Shown: one piece after another, positions 1 to 8,819 of the stretch
How positions within the stretch are numbered: position 1 is the first letter of the stretch
Layout of the letters: every line of letters starts with the position of its first letter
Source: a virus
Virus record (IMG/VR): IMGVR_UViG_3300045125_000169
Location: 88,840 to 109,145 of that record
DNA length: 20,306 nucleotides
Reading direction: 5' to 3' (one strand)
Notes under the pieces: model-generated
Database searches by the model: none
Told to the model about the DNA's origin: nothing
Seen by the model: only the letters and a program-made list of their open reading frames with translations
Translations under genes and position numbers: made by a program

Positions 1-2801
1 GCCATCCGTCATCGCAAGAGAGGGAGCAGCAACCGAGTCGAGCGTTGACGCGAAACTCAGATCGGATGTGGTTTCTAGGAGACTGGCGACGTGTTGAACT
101 CTGATTTTATCGGTCGTCGTTAAGAATAAAGCGTACCGCGTCCACTTACCAGCCTGTCCTGTGTAACTGACAGGGGTAAAGACGTGACGATATTGGTCGT
201 TCCCGTCCCTGTCGCAAAGTTAATCGAGAACGTACTGGTCAGGTCTACAGGTCTATTGCCGACAAAGCGACGGTATTTAAAACCTTGCAGGTTTTCCGAC
301 CTGAACAAATTTGCAGGAAAGGTGACCGTTGTTCCACTTGCAGCAATCCCTGCATGGAAGCGAAGCTCTTTGGTCCTATTGATAACGTCTTGAAGCTCCG
401 CAGGGATGATACGCTGCGGTCCCATGAGCATGTCCGATTGCGGTAGCCGACTGCGCTCGATCACCGCTTGGGAGTAGAGCACGGTCGCTGAACCGTTGTT
501 CGGGATAGCGGAGAGCTTGACATAAAGCTGAAGGGGCTTGCTTAGAGTGATCGCATCTGGTCTTGGAAACGTCCCGTTCAAGGCGCAATGGTCATACGGG
601 TTCAAGACCGTGGACAACGCCTCGTCCACATAGACACCATCGACAATCACGGGTGTGAAGTCTTCCTGCGAATACTCCGTGCATCCACCAGACTCGAAAA
701 GAGTTTCAGTATGGATCAAGTTAAAAAACTGTTTCGCATAGGTATCATCGCAAACGAAAATAGTGCCCGTTCCACCGGAAGTTAGCGTTAAGGCACTTCC
801 GCCTTTGGATGCGGCAATTTTAAAACTATCGAGCGTGGCTTGAACGACATAGTAATACCCACTGATGGACAATCCACCAGGGAGTCCACCCGTCGTGGTA
901 AAAATAACTTTGGTGTTTTCTAAAAAGCCGTGATTGGTCGCGATAAATTTGGAGTTTGTGACGTCCACGGCAGAGGCATCGAAGGTCAACTGCGGGGGGA
1001 CACCGACAACCCAGGTCTCACCCAGAGGAAGCTCAACGTAGTTAGTTCCATCAGGAACATGAATACTGCCCCTTTGTCCGCGAATCCTGGCTTCGTGTGA
1101 GGTAGCGGTTGGTTTGACCAGGAGGAACCGAGTCCGCGCCTTGCAACGCAGCGGCTGTTGTTTCCGTGAGGACGGAAACGTCCTGCTCGGTCACATAACG
1201 GTTGACAGCACTCGGCACACCGACTGTTCCAACGAGGGCGGCCTTTTCATTTTCGGCAAGATGCTTTTCGTTGATGAAGAGGTTGCGTCGGTGGAAGTCG
1301 AGCAGGGTTGCTGCCGAAGCGGAAGTCATATTGCGGAACACGGACCCATCATAACCCCAAAGCTCGATGGTTCCCAACTCGCCAAAAAGAACAACGTAAA
1401 GGTCACCCTTCTGCAAGCTCTCTGCGGACGCTTGTGCTGACGCAGCGTTGGGGTCGATACCACCAGAAAAGTTCGAGATCACAATCGACGGAACTGTAGC
1501 CCCAGGTTCTTCTTTTGAAATAACAAATGTGTTGCCGAAAGACCCACTGACACGAGCTTCAAGTTGAAGTGACGAACCCATGGCAAACACTTTCATGTCG
1601 CCATCAAGTTCCGAAGCTCTCAAGGCTTGTTCAAAATTCTTCGCGGTGATGTCCCCGCTTTCACCAATCTCAACAGCATTCGGTGGGAGCGAATACCCGA
1701 CCTTGGTGAGTTTCCCATTGCCGCTATCACGAGAAGGATAGCCGATTTGTTGAAAAAGAATTTTTTGCGCGTTGACAACGGTTTGAACGGTGAAGAGACC
1801 GTTGAAAGTTTGTTCCGTCGCCCCTGTGATAATAAATTGCTGCCCAGGAATGAACGTGTGAGTGTTTCCTGGTGCGATCGTCGCGGTAACCGTCGCAGGA
1901 GAAAAGGTATCGACGACTGAACCACCGACACCGCTCCAGGGTGTGTTCAACGGTGCCTGAAACGAAAACGTATATTCTGTGTACTCTTCGATCGTCCACA
2001 ACGAGTTTGCTTGAGCCGCCGTGTTGTCCGAAATTCTAATCGTTTGGTTGGCAAAACCGTGCGGTACTGACGTCGTGACCGTGACAACACCCACACTATC
2101 CTGGATAGCAGTCAGGATCGTTTTTGGCTCGGGTTGACACGCGAAAGCCCAGGGACCGAAGGACTCGCAACGGGAAAGCTGATCGGAGACACCAGAGGAA
2201 AGGAAAGAGACGTCGCCCCTGTGCTCAAGGAGATCGATGAACCCTCAGCAAAGGTATTGGACGTCAGGTTGATCTCAGCGGTGGCTGGAAAGCCCGAGGT
2301 GGCCGGAAGATCGACTTTGGTGTCTACCACGCCACGGACAACACCGCGCTTAAAACCTTCGACGGAATCCCGGAAGCTAGAGTTGATATGCTCGGGCAGC
2401 ACGGCAGTTGCGTTTGCCGGAGGAGTCACGGACGCAAAGCGAATCAACGTGTCCTTTTCAGGGTCGTTGTTGTAAGCCCCTAATGTCATGACTTCAAGCG
2501 AGACGATAGGCGGCTGAGACTCTAGGTATTTGCAACGTAGAGCAATGACGTTGGTAAGACCCGCGACAATCGGAAGCACTCTTTCTTCCGCTCGCTCTCT
2601 CACCATCATACCGTCTTTTCCAAAGGCTAAGAAAACCACTCCGTCTTCAGGATTGCCCTTAACGCGCACCTGAAGCGAGGCAGGCTCAGGAACGACGATG
2701 CCGCCCTTAACAATTCCCTTGGGAACTAAGCCTGACAAACGAGCATTTAGGTTTTCTGTAGAATCGACGTTGCGAAAGCCAAGGATTGTCTCAATAGCCA
2801 T
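1..2801 (-). CDS. Large tail fibre/baseplate-associated structural protein (>930 aa, runs off the left edge; apparent frameshifts)
   Basis: ATG at 2801 follows GAGGCAAAAAG. ORFs 2112-2801, 1051-2094 and 120-989 join via single-base indels at about 2121-2125 (NPSQK/TILTAIQDSVGVV), 1097 (NRYLT/EARIRG), 995 (VVGVP/PQLTFD) and 179 (NIVTS/FTPVSYTGQAGKW). It carries three 'HGF..G..V....NG.FTV' beta domains (E1_FCCH-like, as seen in phage structural proteins) and two 'EK.AL...PS..NRYVT' motifs. Confidence 0.7.
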
Positions 2802-2819
2802 CTTTTTGCCTCGGCACTA

Positions 2820-3256
2820 TTAAGTTTTGATCGTGACGGTATAGGTCTCTCGTGAGGATGAGACTTTAAACCGTAGCGGGAAATTTGTAAGCGCATACAA
2901 AAACTGGTCGCCAACCTCTGGTGCATCGGTGGGAGAGCCTACGGGAACATGAGTGACCTGTGCTATCAAACCCAAATTGCTGATCCCACCCACCGCTTCT
3001 CCTGGTTGCACCACGCAGGTGAATTTGGGGCAAGTGGGACCGATCAATTCTACACGGTCTATCGGCTCAGGTCCAAAAACTGTGAGGGGAGTGCGTTCGC
3101 ATCCGTGTTGAGGGGCAGGGTGATCGTCGGATTTCCGAGGTCATGACCACCTGCACCCAAAACAAAATGGGCGATCTTGAAGCCGTAACCATAGAGAAGC
3201 TGTTGGGCTTCGAGTTCGCGGCCTTTACGAGTCAACGATACAATAAAGTCTGCCAT
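2820..3256 (-). CDS. Small baseplate/tail-fibre attachment protein, DUF3751-like (~145 aa; one apparent frameshift)
   Basis: ORFs 3059-3256 and 2820-3047 join by adding one base to the A5 run at about 3075-3079 (LPSQF/FGPEPIDRVELIGP). The N-terminus SLTRKGRELEAQQLLYGYGFKIAHFVLGAGG fits the 'LT..G....A......I..F..G.G' pattern, followed by 'GISNLGLIA...LYALTNFP'. GAGG RBS upstream. Confidence 0.6.
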
Positions 3257-3280
3257 TTAGTGTGCCTCAGAGTTCACTAT

Positions 3281-4019
3281 TCAAATCTTTATGATGTAAT
3301 TGACGTAGACGTTCTTCGGTCGCGTTTCTGTTGCGTTATTATAGTTCGCCACACTTACGCTAGGCGAGTGTACATGGTATGGATCTGCGGCATTGACTCC
3401 GTGTCCGTGCGAGCTTTCCGTAGAACCACTTGTGCTTCCAGACGTATGAGACGGCCAGGACTCTTGTGAGGTGGTCGCATCTAGTGTAGCAGGAGTATCC
3501 TGATAGGTTTCCCATACATAATAGCCACCATTACCCTTCCATCCTGACTTAACAGAATATTTTATAAAATCAAAATCATGAGAATGGCTGTGAGACCAAT
3601 TAATTCTTCCCGTATCATGGGTATGACTGTTGGTATAAGTGCTCAAATCAGAGTGATTGTGGTAGTGCGATGCAGGACTAGAATTAAACGTAGAAGAAGC
3701 ATGATTGTGTTGACCCATACCCGCAGACTGTAGCGATCCGATACCGTTGCCAGTGGTTCCGTTGCTTCTGATGCGGAGATTTTTGTCAGGATCTCTTGTT
3801 CCGGTGCCTTCATAACCTCTAACAAAAACGCCGCGTAAATCTGGTAGCTTAAATGTGGTTGTGCCGTTCCCCACCCCAGGACGTTTGGAGTATGGCTGCA
3901 AGGGCGGGGTACGAGGCTGTAAGTAGTTCCCGCCCATCGCATATCAACCAACCGTCTGGTGGTGCAGAGCCACCAAACATTACAGTCGTCCCCGGTGGGA
4001 TGGGTTTAGCGTAGCTCAT
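3281..4019 (-). CDS. Phage tail collar domain protein with His-x-His needle, copy 3 (~246 aa; one apparent frameshift)
   Basis: The true start is ATG at 4019 (MSYAKPIPPGTTVMFGGSAPPDGWLICDGRELLTASYPALAAILQTSWG), which the ORF track misses. The frame changes in the G-runs at about 3869-3878 into GNGTTTFKLPDLRGVFVRG. The protein ends ETRPKNVYVNYIIKI. This is the classic collar (PF07484-type) signature. Confidence 0.88.
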
Positions 4020-4025
4020 AAAACC

Positions 4026-4757
4026 TCAAAATTTAATGATATAAGCTGCGGCTGCGTTGATAGGGCGAGAGTCGGAGTTACCACTATTGGATATGTTTAC
4101 GGTCACAGAATGAAAATGAGTATTGCCAGTATCTGGCCCGTATCCGATCGAATGGTAATGATATGCATAGCTTAAATTTGCCGACGCATAATGATCGTAT
4201 GATACATCGTATGATGGTGTCCTTGCGATATACTGCACGGGGTCTTGATCGACCACATCATCAGGGGTGTCACCAAATACTCTTGCTCTTTGACTTCTAG
4301 TTTTAAAGTCTGCCGTGTGCGAGTGATCTCCCGCACCTCCAAAATTTAGGTTATGACCATGACTTGTATTCGCCGACACTATTGAATGAGAATGAGACAT
4401 ATTGGCATCAGGGAGACTACTGGTGATCCCGTGTGTGTGCGTTAAAACGCTGAATATTTGATAAGACCCCACATTATCACCAGTCGCACCGCCCGCAGCT
4501 ATGGTTGTTCGGTTATTTCTTGTAGTGTCTCGCCCCGCACCGTTATCGCGGCCCCGTAAAAGGACACCCTGAAGATTGGGAATATTGAAGGTAGACACGC
4601 CATCACCAGATCCCCATGCTGTACCGATAGCGTTCCAAAGACTCGCATAAGAAATTCGGCTGACCGCTGTTCCGTCGCAGAAGAGCCAACCTTCTGGCGG
4701 TGTCAAGTTATTATAAATTGTAATTGTTCCCGTTGGGGCAAACGCGAAATAACTCAT
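4026..4757 (-). CDS. Phage tail collar domain protein with His-x-His needle, copy 2 (243 aa, intact)
   Basis: PTGTI...PPEGWLFCDGTAVSRISYASLWNAIGTAWGSGDGVSTFNIPNLQG collar motif, repeated HxH motifs and a C-terminal SRPINAAAAYIIKF. Confidence 0.92.
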   Translation of the reverse strand: MSYFAFAPTGTITIYNNLTPPEGWLFCDGTAVSRISYASLWNAIGTAWGSGDGVSTFNIPNLQGVLLRGRDNGAGRDTTRNNRTTIAAGGATGDNVGSYQIFSVLTHTHGITSSLPDANMSHSHSIVSANTSHGHNLNFGGAGDHSHTADFKTRSQRARVFGDTPDDVVDQDPVQYIARTPSYDVSYDHYASANLSYAYHYHSIGYGPDTGNTHFHSVTVNISNSGNSDSRPINAAAAYIIKF

Positions 4758-4766
4758 GCGATAAAC

Positions 4767-5545
4767 TCAAATCTTGATGATAAAATTAACGTATGCATTA
4801 CTCGGAAAAACTTCTGGCGTAACAGTTGCATTACCATTTGTTAGAGTTGGATTATTAGATGTCTGAGCACTATTGGCGTGACTGTGAGTGACGTTCGCAG
4901 TAGGCGCATCTGGATGCCCGTGATTGTTGCTATTCCCGATGCCAACATCGTGAGAATGATGCCCACCACCGCCTGATCGTATGTTTATAGTTGATTCACC
5001 TTCCCAAGCGTCGTAGTTGTTATCATACCTATTTGCTCTGGTGATTTTATTACGATAAGGATAAGTAACAGAATGGTTATGCTGCCATGTATGATCCCCG
5101 CCTCCCCAACCGAGCGACACACCATGCGAATGTTCAGTACCGGAAAATCCCGTCCCATGTCCGTGATAGGTAGAGGGTGAATTTGTAGAACTGGAGAAAC
5201 CATGACCGTGTGTCTCCAGTGCGTTATCTTGAAAACTGCCGACAACATTTCCAACTACAGCACCAGTTTTAATATGAGTCCTTGACGCCTTGTTGGGATC
5301 TCTATTTGAAAGTGTGCCCGTTGCCGATAAAGCATCAAATCCTCGGCAAAAAAGACCTCGCAGGTCGGGCAAGCTAAACGTGTCCGCTGCGTCTCCAGCC
5401 CCCAGTTCTTGCCAATAGCCGCATAGAGTTTTGGATATGCACTTTGGGTTTTAGAAGAACCATCACACAATAGCCATCCATTCGGCGGATTGGAGCCACC
5501 GAACGGTATAATAGTTCCACTTGGCAAGGTGCGGTGATAACTCAT
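4767..5545 (-). CDS. Phage tail collar domain protein with His-x-His needle, copy 1 (~259 aa; one apparent frameshift)
   Basis: ORFs 5255-5545 and 4767-5372 join by adding one base to the C5 run at 5399-5403 (KNWG/AGDAADTFSLPDLRG). Collar motif PSGTIIPFGGSNPPNGWLLCDG; ends PSNAYVNFIIKI. GAGGA RBS. Confidence 0.9.
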
Positions 5546-5554
5546 AGCGTCCTC
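5546..5554 (-). promoter_or_regulatory. Shine-Dalgarno site (GAGGA) for collar copy 1; similar GAGG sites precede the starts at 2801, 3256, 4019, 5761 and 6767
   Basis: TAA-GAGGACGCT-ATG on the minus strand. Consistent GAGG motifs 4-9 nt upstream of starts indicate a bacterial/archaeal-type translation system. Confidence 0.65.
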
Positions 5555-5761
5555 TTAGTCCAAATGCGAGATTCCAAAATCGACGATTAAACCCTCATGG
5601 CGTCGGGTTTGTTTTATAATAGGTAAAATGCGATCTATATGAACATCGTCCACTTCGACTTCCATAGTTCGGTCTGCCTTAATCGCTACGCCTAACTCAT
5701 CACAGAGATGCGTTCCATTCTTGGACCAAAGATAATCACCTTTTTGCAGAATTATCTTCAT
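5555..5761 (-). CDS. Hypothetical protein (68 aa)
   Basis: Fills the gap between the ATPase and collar copy 1 exactly, on the same strand, with GAGGT-ATAAAA-ATG. No recognised motif. Confidence 0.7.
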   Translation of the reverse strand: MKIILQKGDYLWSKNGTHLCDELGVAIKADRTMEVEVDDVHIDRILPIIKQTRRHEGLIVDFGISHLD

Positions 5762-5770
5762 TTTTATACC

Positions 5771-6767
5771 TCAGAGATCTTCCCAAGACATGAGACCATC
5801 TCGTTCTTTAATAACGTCCATAGCCGCTTTTTCAAGCGGAATACCCTCAAGATCATGCCGCAACAGTGCTTCAATCACATGGTCTGGTGATAAAGGAAGA
5901 CCTTGAAATGCTTTTTTCTGATCGTCGCTAAGAACAATTCCCGAAAGATCTTTGATTAACGCAAAAACTTCATCCTCAGTAGGAGGCAGAACTTTAATTA
6001 ACTTATTGAATCGTCCGGGTCTGTTCGTTAGCTGAGGGCCTAGTTGTCTAATAAAATTAGTTGTACACAAAATCAGAGTTGGAACTCGGAAAAAGACCCG
6101 TAAATCCGTCCAAAAAGTTGAGGCAACTGGCATTCAATATGTTGCAATTTGAAATATAGTCTCTTTTTCCGAAGTCCTCAATGATGAGGACAATCCTACT
6201 CACGTCTTCTCTGTACGATCTAAAAAATATGTTGGTCAACTTGCTGAAATTTACATCACCGTGAACCTGTATGATAGCCGTACCTGGGGTAGCGGCAAAC
6301 TCGCAAAAGTTACGGATAAGTGCTGACTTCCCCATGCCTGGATCAGAGTATAAGAGATAGGCGCGTTTATTCCGTTTGAATTTCTGAGAAATATGGTCGG
6401 ATTTATCGAAGAAATTTTGAAAAAGGCTCTTTACATAGGCACTTGTTTTTGTCTCAAAAAATTTATCTTCGGATTGCGGCATCGCGACCATGCCGTTTTC
6501 TTCATCATAAAAATGCTTGCCTGGTCTGATTTGAAATTTTTCCTGAAACTCTTGCTCCGCGTCTAGTTTCGCTTCCTGACGCCTCTTTATGATCTCTTGA
6601 ATTGTATCAGGCACCTCATTCGGTTCGATTTCAGTCTTCTCGATCTGATAGGTTACTACTTTCCCGTCCACAAATGAAAATCCTGAACCGGGGCTTCCTG
6701 CAACGGGTATATTCACGCCTTTCTTTAATTTCGCTACATCGATAATTTTTAACTTTTCTATTTCCAT
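5771..6767 (-). CDS. AAA+ family ATPase (~331 aa; one apparent frameshift)
   Basis: Walker A YLLYSDPGMGKS, Walker B IVLIIEDF, and a second region of homology CTTN...LTNRPGRFN with the arginine finger. ORFs 6057-6767 and 5771-6133 join by removing one base from the A5 run at 6090-6094 (FLDGFTGLF/RVPTLIL). GAGGG RBS. Confidence 0.88.
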
Positions 6768-6779
6768 GAAGTATCCCTC

Positions 6780-8795
6780 TTAAACAATGAGCCAACCTGA
6801 TGTTCCGTCGCTAACTAAACTTACTGCTTCATATCTTGCTAAAAGAACGGGGTTTGTCGAACCATCTATGGTTTGTAAAGCCGCTGCTGCGACTTGGATA
6901 AACGAGGCGGAATTATTACTTTTCACGAGGATATGCCGACCCCGATTCGCTGATGATATCGTAGGCAGCGTTACAGCTAAGGTCGTCGATCCAGTAGCAA
7001 TCACAATGTAATCATGATCGGCAACTGTGTAGTTAGCTTGTACGCTCGTCATCGCCCTCGTTGTGAAGGCAGACGAAAAACTCAAAGAACCAATCACTTC
7101 TGTGGTCTGAGCAATATTTAAGTCAGCGCGAACTGTGCCCGCAGAAGACGTGCTCACGATATTGGTGCCCGTCTGACTGTAGGTAAAAGTAGTTGCATTA
7201 GGTATAGAAGCTACCGTAAAGGTTCCATTGACGGATGTATTGGCAACAGCGTTTACGGTAACAGTCGCACCGGGATAAAAACCATGAGCCGTAGAAGTAA
7301 TAATTGTGACAATATTAGATGTTCGAGCGAGACTCGAAATAGTCGCTATTCCCCCGATTTGAAGGCTCGTACTGATATTACCTCTTCCTTGCACAAGTAG
7401 TTGTTGCATGGAAGCGACATCAGAGGAAGAGTCGGATAAAACTAAACTTTTAGCTTTCATATTTTGCAACGCACCAGCATCATCGACGATATTCATCGAT
7501 AATGCCGGTGTATGTAATATACCAGTGGTGGTGCGGATATCCCCGACCACATCTAAAGTTTGAGTGGCCGCACTGGAAATGTTGGTCGATAGAAGGAGTG
7601 TCTTCGCCCTGATATTTTGACTGGCACCAGCATCATCGACGATATTCATCGAAACGGCTGGGGTGTGTACTAAACCTGTTGTCGTCCGAATGTCGCCTAT
7701 CACATCTAAGGCTTGGCTGGCGATGGAACTAACATCTCCGACTTTTAAAGCCGTCTTGATTGCAAGCCTACGGGTTCCAGTGCTATCTAAAAACTCATTG
7801 CCCGTCGAATTATCAAATAGTCGCGTTTGAATATCGGGTCCAATCACAGTTTCGCGAATCTGTGAAATTGCACCCGTAGTTATAATCATTTCCCTAACGG
7901 TATTGACTCCGAAGTTACCCGTCCCAGATTTGGCAGGTGCCGTAGACACACCAAACCCGCTACTATAAACTTCGACGTTACAATTCCGAACTCCGTTGCC
8001 AGACCCACCATCAAACACCACGACCTGAGGTAGGTTTCTTAATTGTAAAGAAAGAACACGAGACCCGTTACCAAGCGTCCCGCTGGTACTACTGCTTGTC
8101 GAGCGAATATAAAACGCAGTGGTCATGGAACCCGCGTTTTCAATGATCGTGCCGTAACCCTCGCCTTCGATCGTCAGGGTTTTCCCCGACCAAGAAAGTG
8201 CCGCAGAACTGCTGATGACACTGTTTCCTGGACCTGTGAGGTTATAAGTTCCGGCAAGAACTAAAATTCGATCTCCATCCAAGGCGTCATCAATCGCACC
8301 TTGAATCGTGGTGTGGGTCGCAAAAGGATTGGTGGCACTGCCCACAATCGCATCATAAATCGAGGTTCCCCTCGTCACACCTGCTTTCGTCCACTGGGGA
8401 GCAGCAAGAACAACCCAGTTGCCCAAAGTTACAATATCATTTGTTGATGTTCTAAGAAAAAGCTGAATCCAGTTCGGACGGGGTTTTTGTTGGGACGAAA
8501 CATCGGCAATCAACGAGGTTCCGAGAACGACTGTAGTCGTTCCCGCAGTTCGTCTGATTTCAATCCAAATCGAGGTGTTGGAACCACTTAAGGTGTAAGA
8601 CCCGTCCGGTATAACCGTGATTGCGGGAGCCCCACCGTCGTTTGGAGTGCTTATAATCCGGAGATTTCTCGTATCGACCTTATTAACCGCGCTATCCCAG
8701 CGCATCTCTCCGACAAGGCGAATATTACGATCGTTAAATAGTTCACCGAGCTTGCGTGGCTGATTAGTGACAGGATCGATCACATTATTAAGCAT
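6780..8795 (-). CDS. Modular tail fibre/spike protein (671 aa; possibly the C-terminal part of the upstream gene)
   Basis: Beta-helix entry motif TTIQGAIDDALDGDRILVLAGTY, an internal 51-aa tandem repeat, an 'AHGF..G..V...NGTFTV' domain, and a C-terminal 'VTLP.....GR.I.VK.....TIDG....L....VSLVSDG..W' domain of the kind common at phage fibre ends (T4 gp9/gp10-like). AGGTGGT lies 6 nt before the ATG. Confidence 0.78.
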   Translation of the reverse strand: MLNNVIDPVTNQPRKLGELFNDRNIRLVGEMRWDSAVNKVDTRNLRIISTPNDGGAPAITVIPDGSYTLSGSNTSIWIEIRRTAGTTTVVLGTSLIADVSSQQKPRPNWIQLFLRTSTNDIVTLGNWVVLAAPQWTKAGVTRGTSIYDAIVGSATNPFATHTTIQGAIDDALDGDRILVLAGTYNLTGPGNSVISSSAALSWSGKTLTIEGEGYGTIIENAGSMTTAFYIRSTSSSTSGTLGNGSRVLSLQLRNLPQVVVFDGGSGNGVRNCNVEVYSSGFGVSTAPAKSGTGNFGVNTVREMIITTGAISQIRETVIGPDIQTRLFDNSTGNEFLDSTGTRRLAIKTALKVGDVSSIASQALDVIGDIRTTTGLVHTPAVSMNIVDDAGASQNIRAKTLLLSTNISSAATQTLDVVGDIRTTTGILHTPALSMNIVDDAGALQNMKAKSLVLSDSSSDVASMQQLLVQGRGNISTSLQIGGIATISSLARTSNIVTIITSTAHGFYPGATVTVNAVANTSVNGTFTVASIPNATTFTYSQTGTNIVSTSSAGTVRADLNIAQTTEVIGSLSFSSAFTTRAMTSVQANYTVADHDYIVIATGSTTLAVTLPTISSANRGRHILVKSNNSASFIQVAAAALQTIDGSTNPVLLARYEAVSLVSDGTSGWLIV
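7440..7745 (-). repeat. Intragenic tandem duplication, period 153 nt (51 aa), two copies
   Basis: GCACCAGCATCATCGACGATATTCATCGA (29 nt) is identical at 7471 and 7624. The protein copies are LDVIGDIRTTTGLVHTPAVSMNIVDDAGASQNIRAK and LDVVGDIRTTTGILHTPALSMNIVDDAGALQNMKAK. Confidence 0.93.
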
Positions 8796-8819
8796 ATAGA
8801 TACCACCTGTAGAGTTACC

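Noticed and set aside
2802-3280. Similar spacers ATAGTG..GAGGCA before the starts at 3256 and 2801, with weak hairpins over the SD
   Set aside because: Only two short instances, largely explained by the SD itself, and the stems are 5 bp or less.
3281-5545. Shufflon/invertible tail-fibre cassette or diversity-generating retroelement acting on the collar genes
   Set aside because: All three are complete genes in the same orientation with their own starts. I saw no recombinase, reverse transcriptase, inverted crossover sites, or template/variable repeat pair differing only at adenines. Such genes could lie outside the window.
5771-6767. Calling the locus an extracellular contractile injection system because of the ATPase
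   Set aside because: No sheath, tube, spike or Afp16-like gene is in the window, and the Walker B (IIED) differs from the DEAD-type motif typical of Afp15. It cannot be excluded without flanking sequence.
7471-7652. 29-nt direct repeat as a mini CRISPR array
   Set aside because: There are only two copies, the 124-nt gap is itself part of the duplication, and it lies in frame within a coding repeat.
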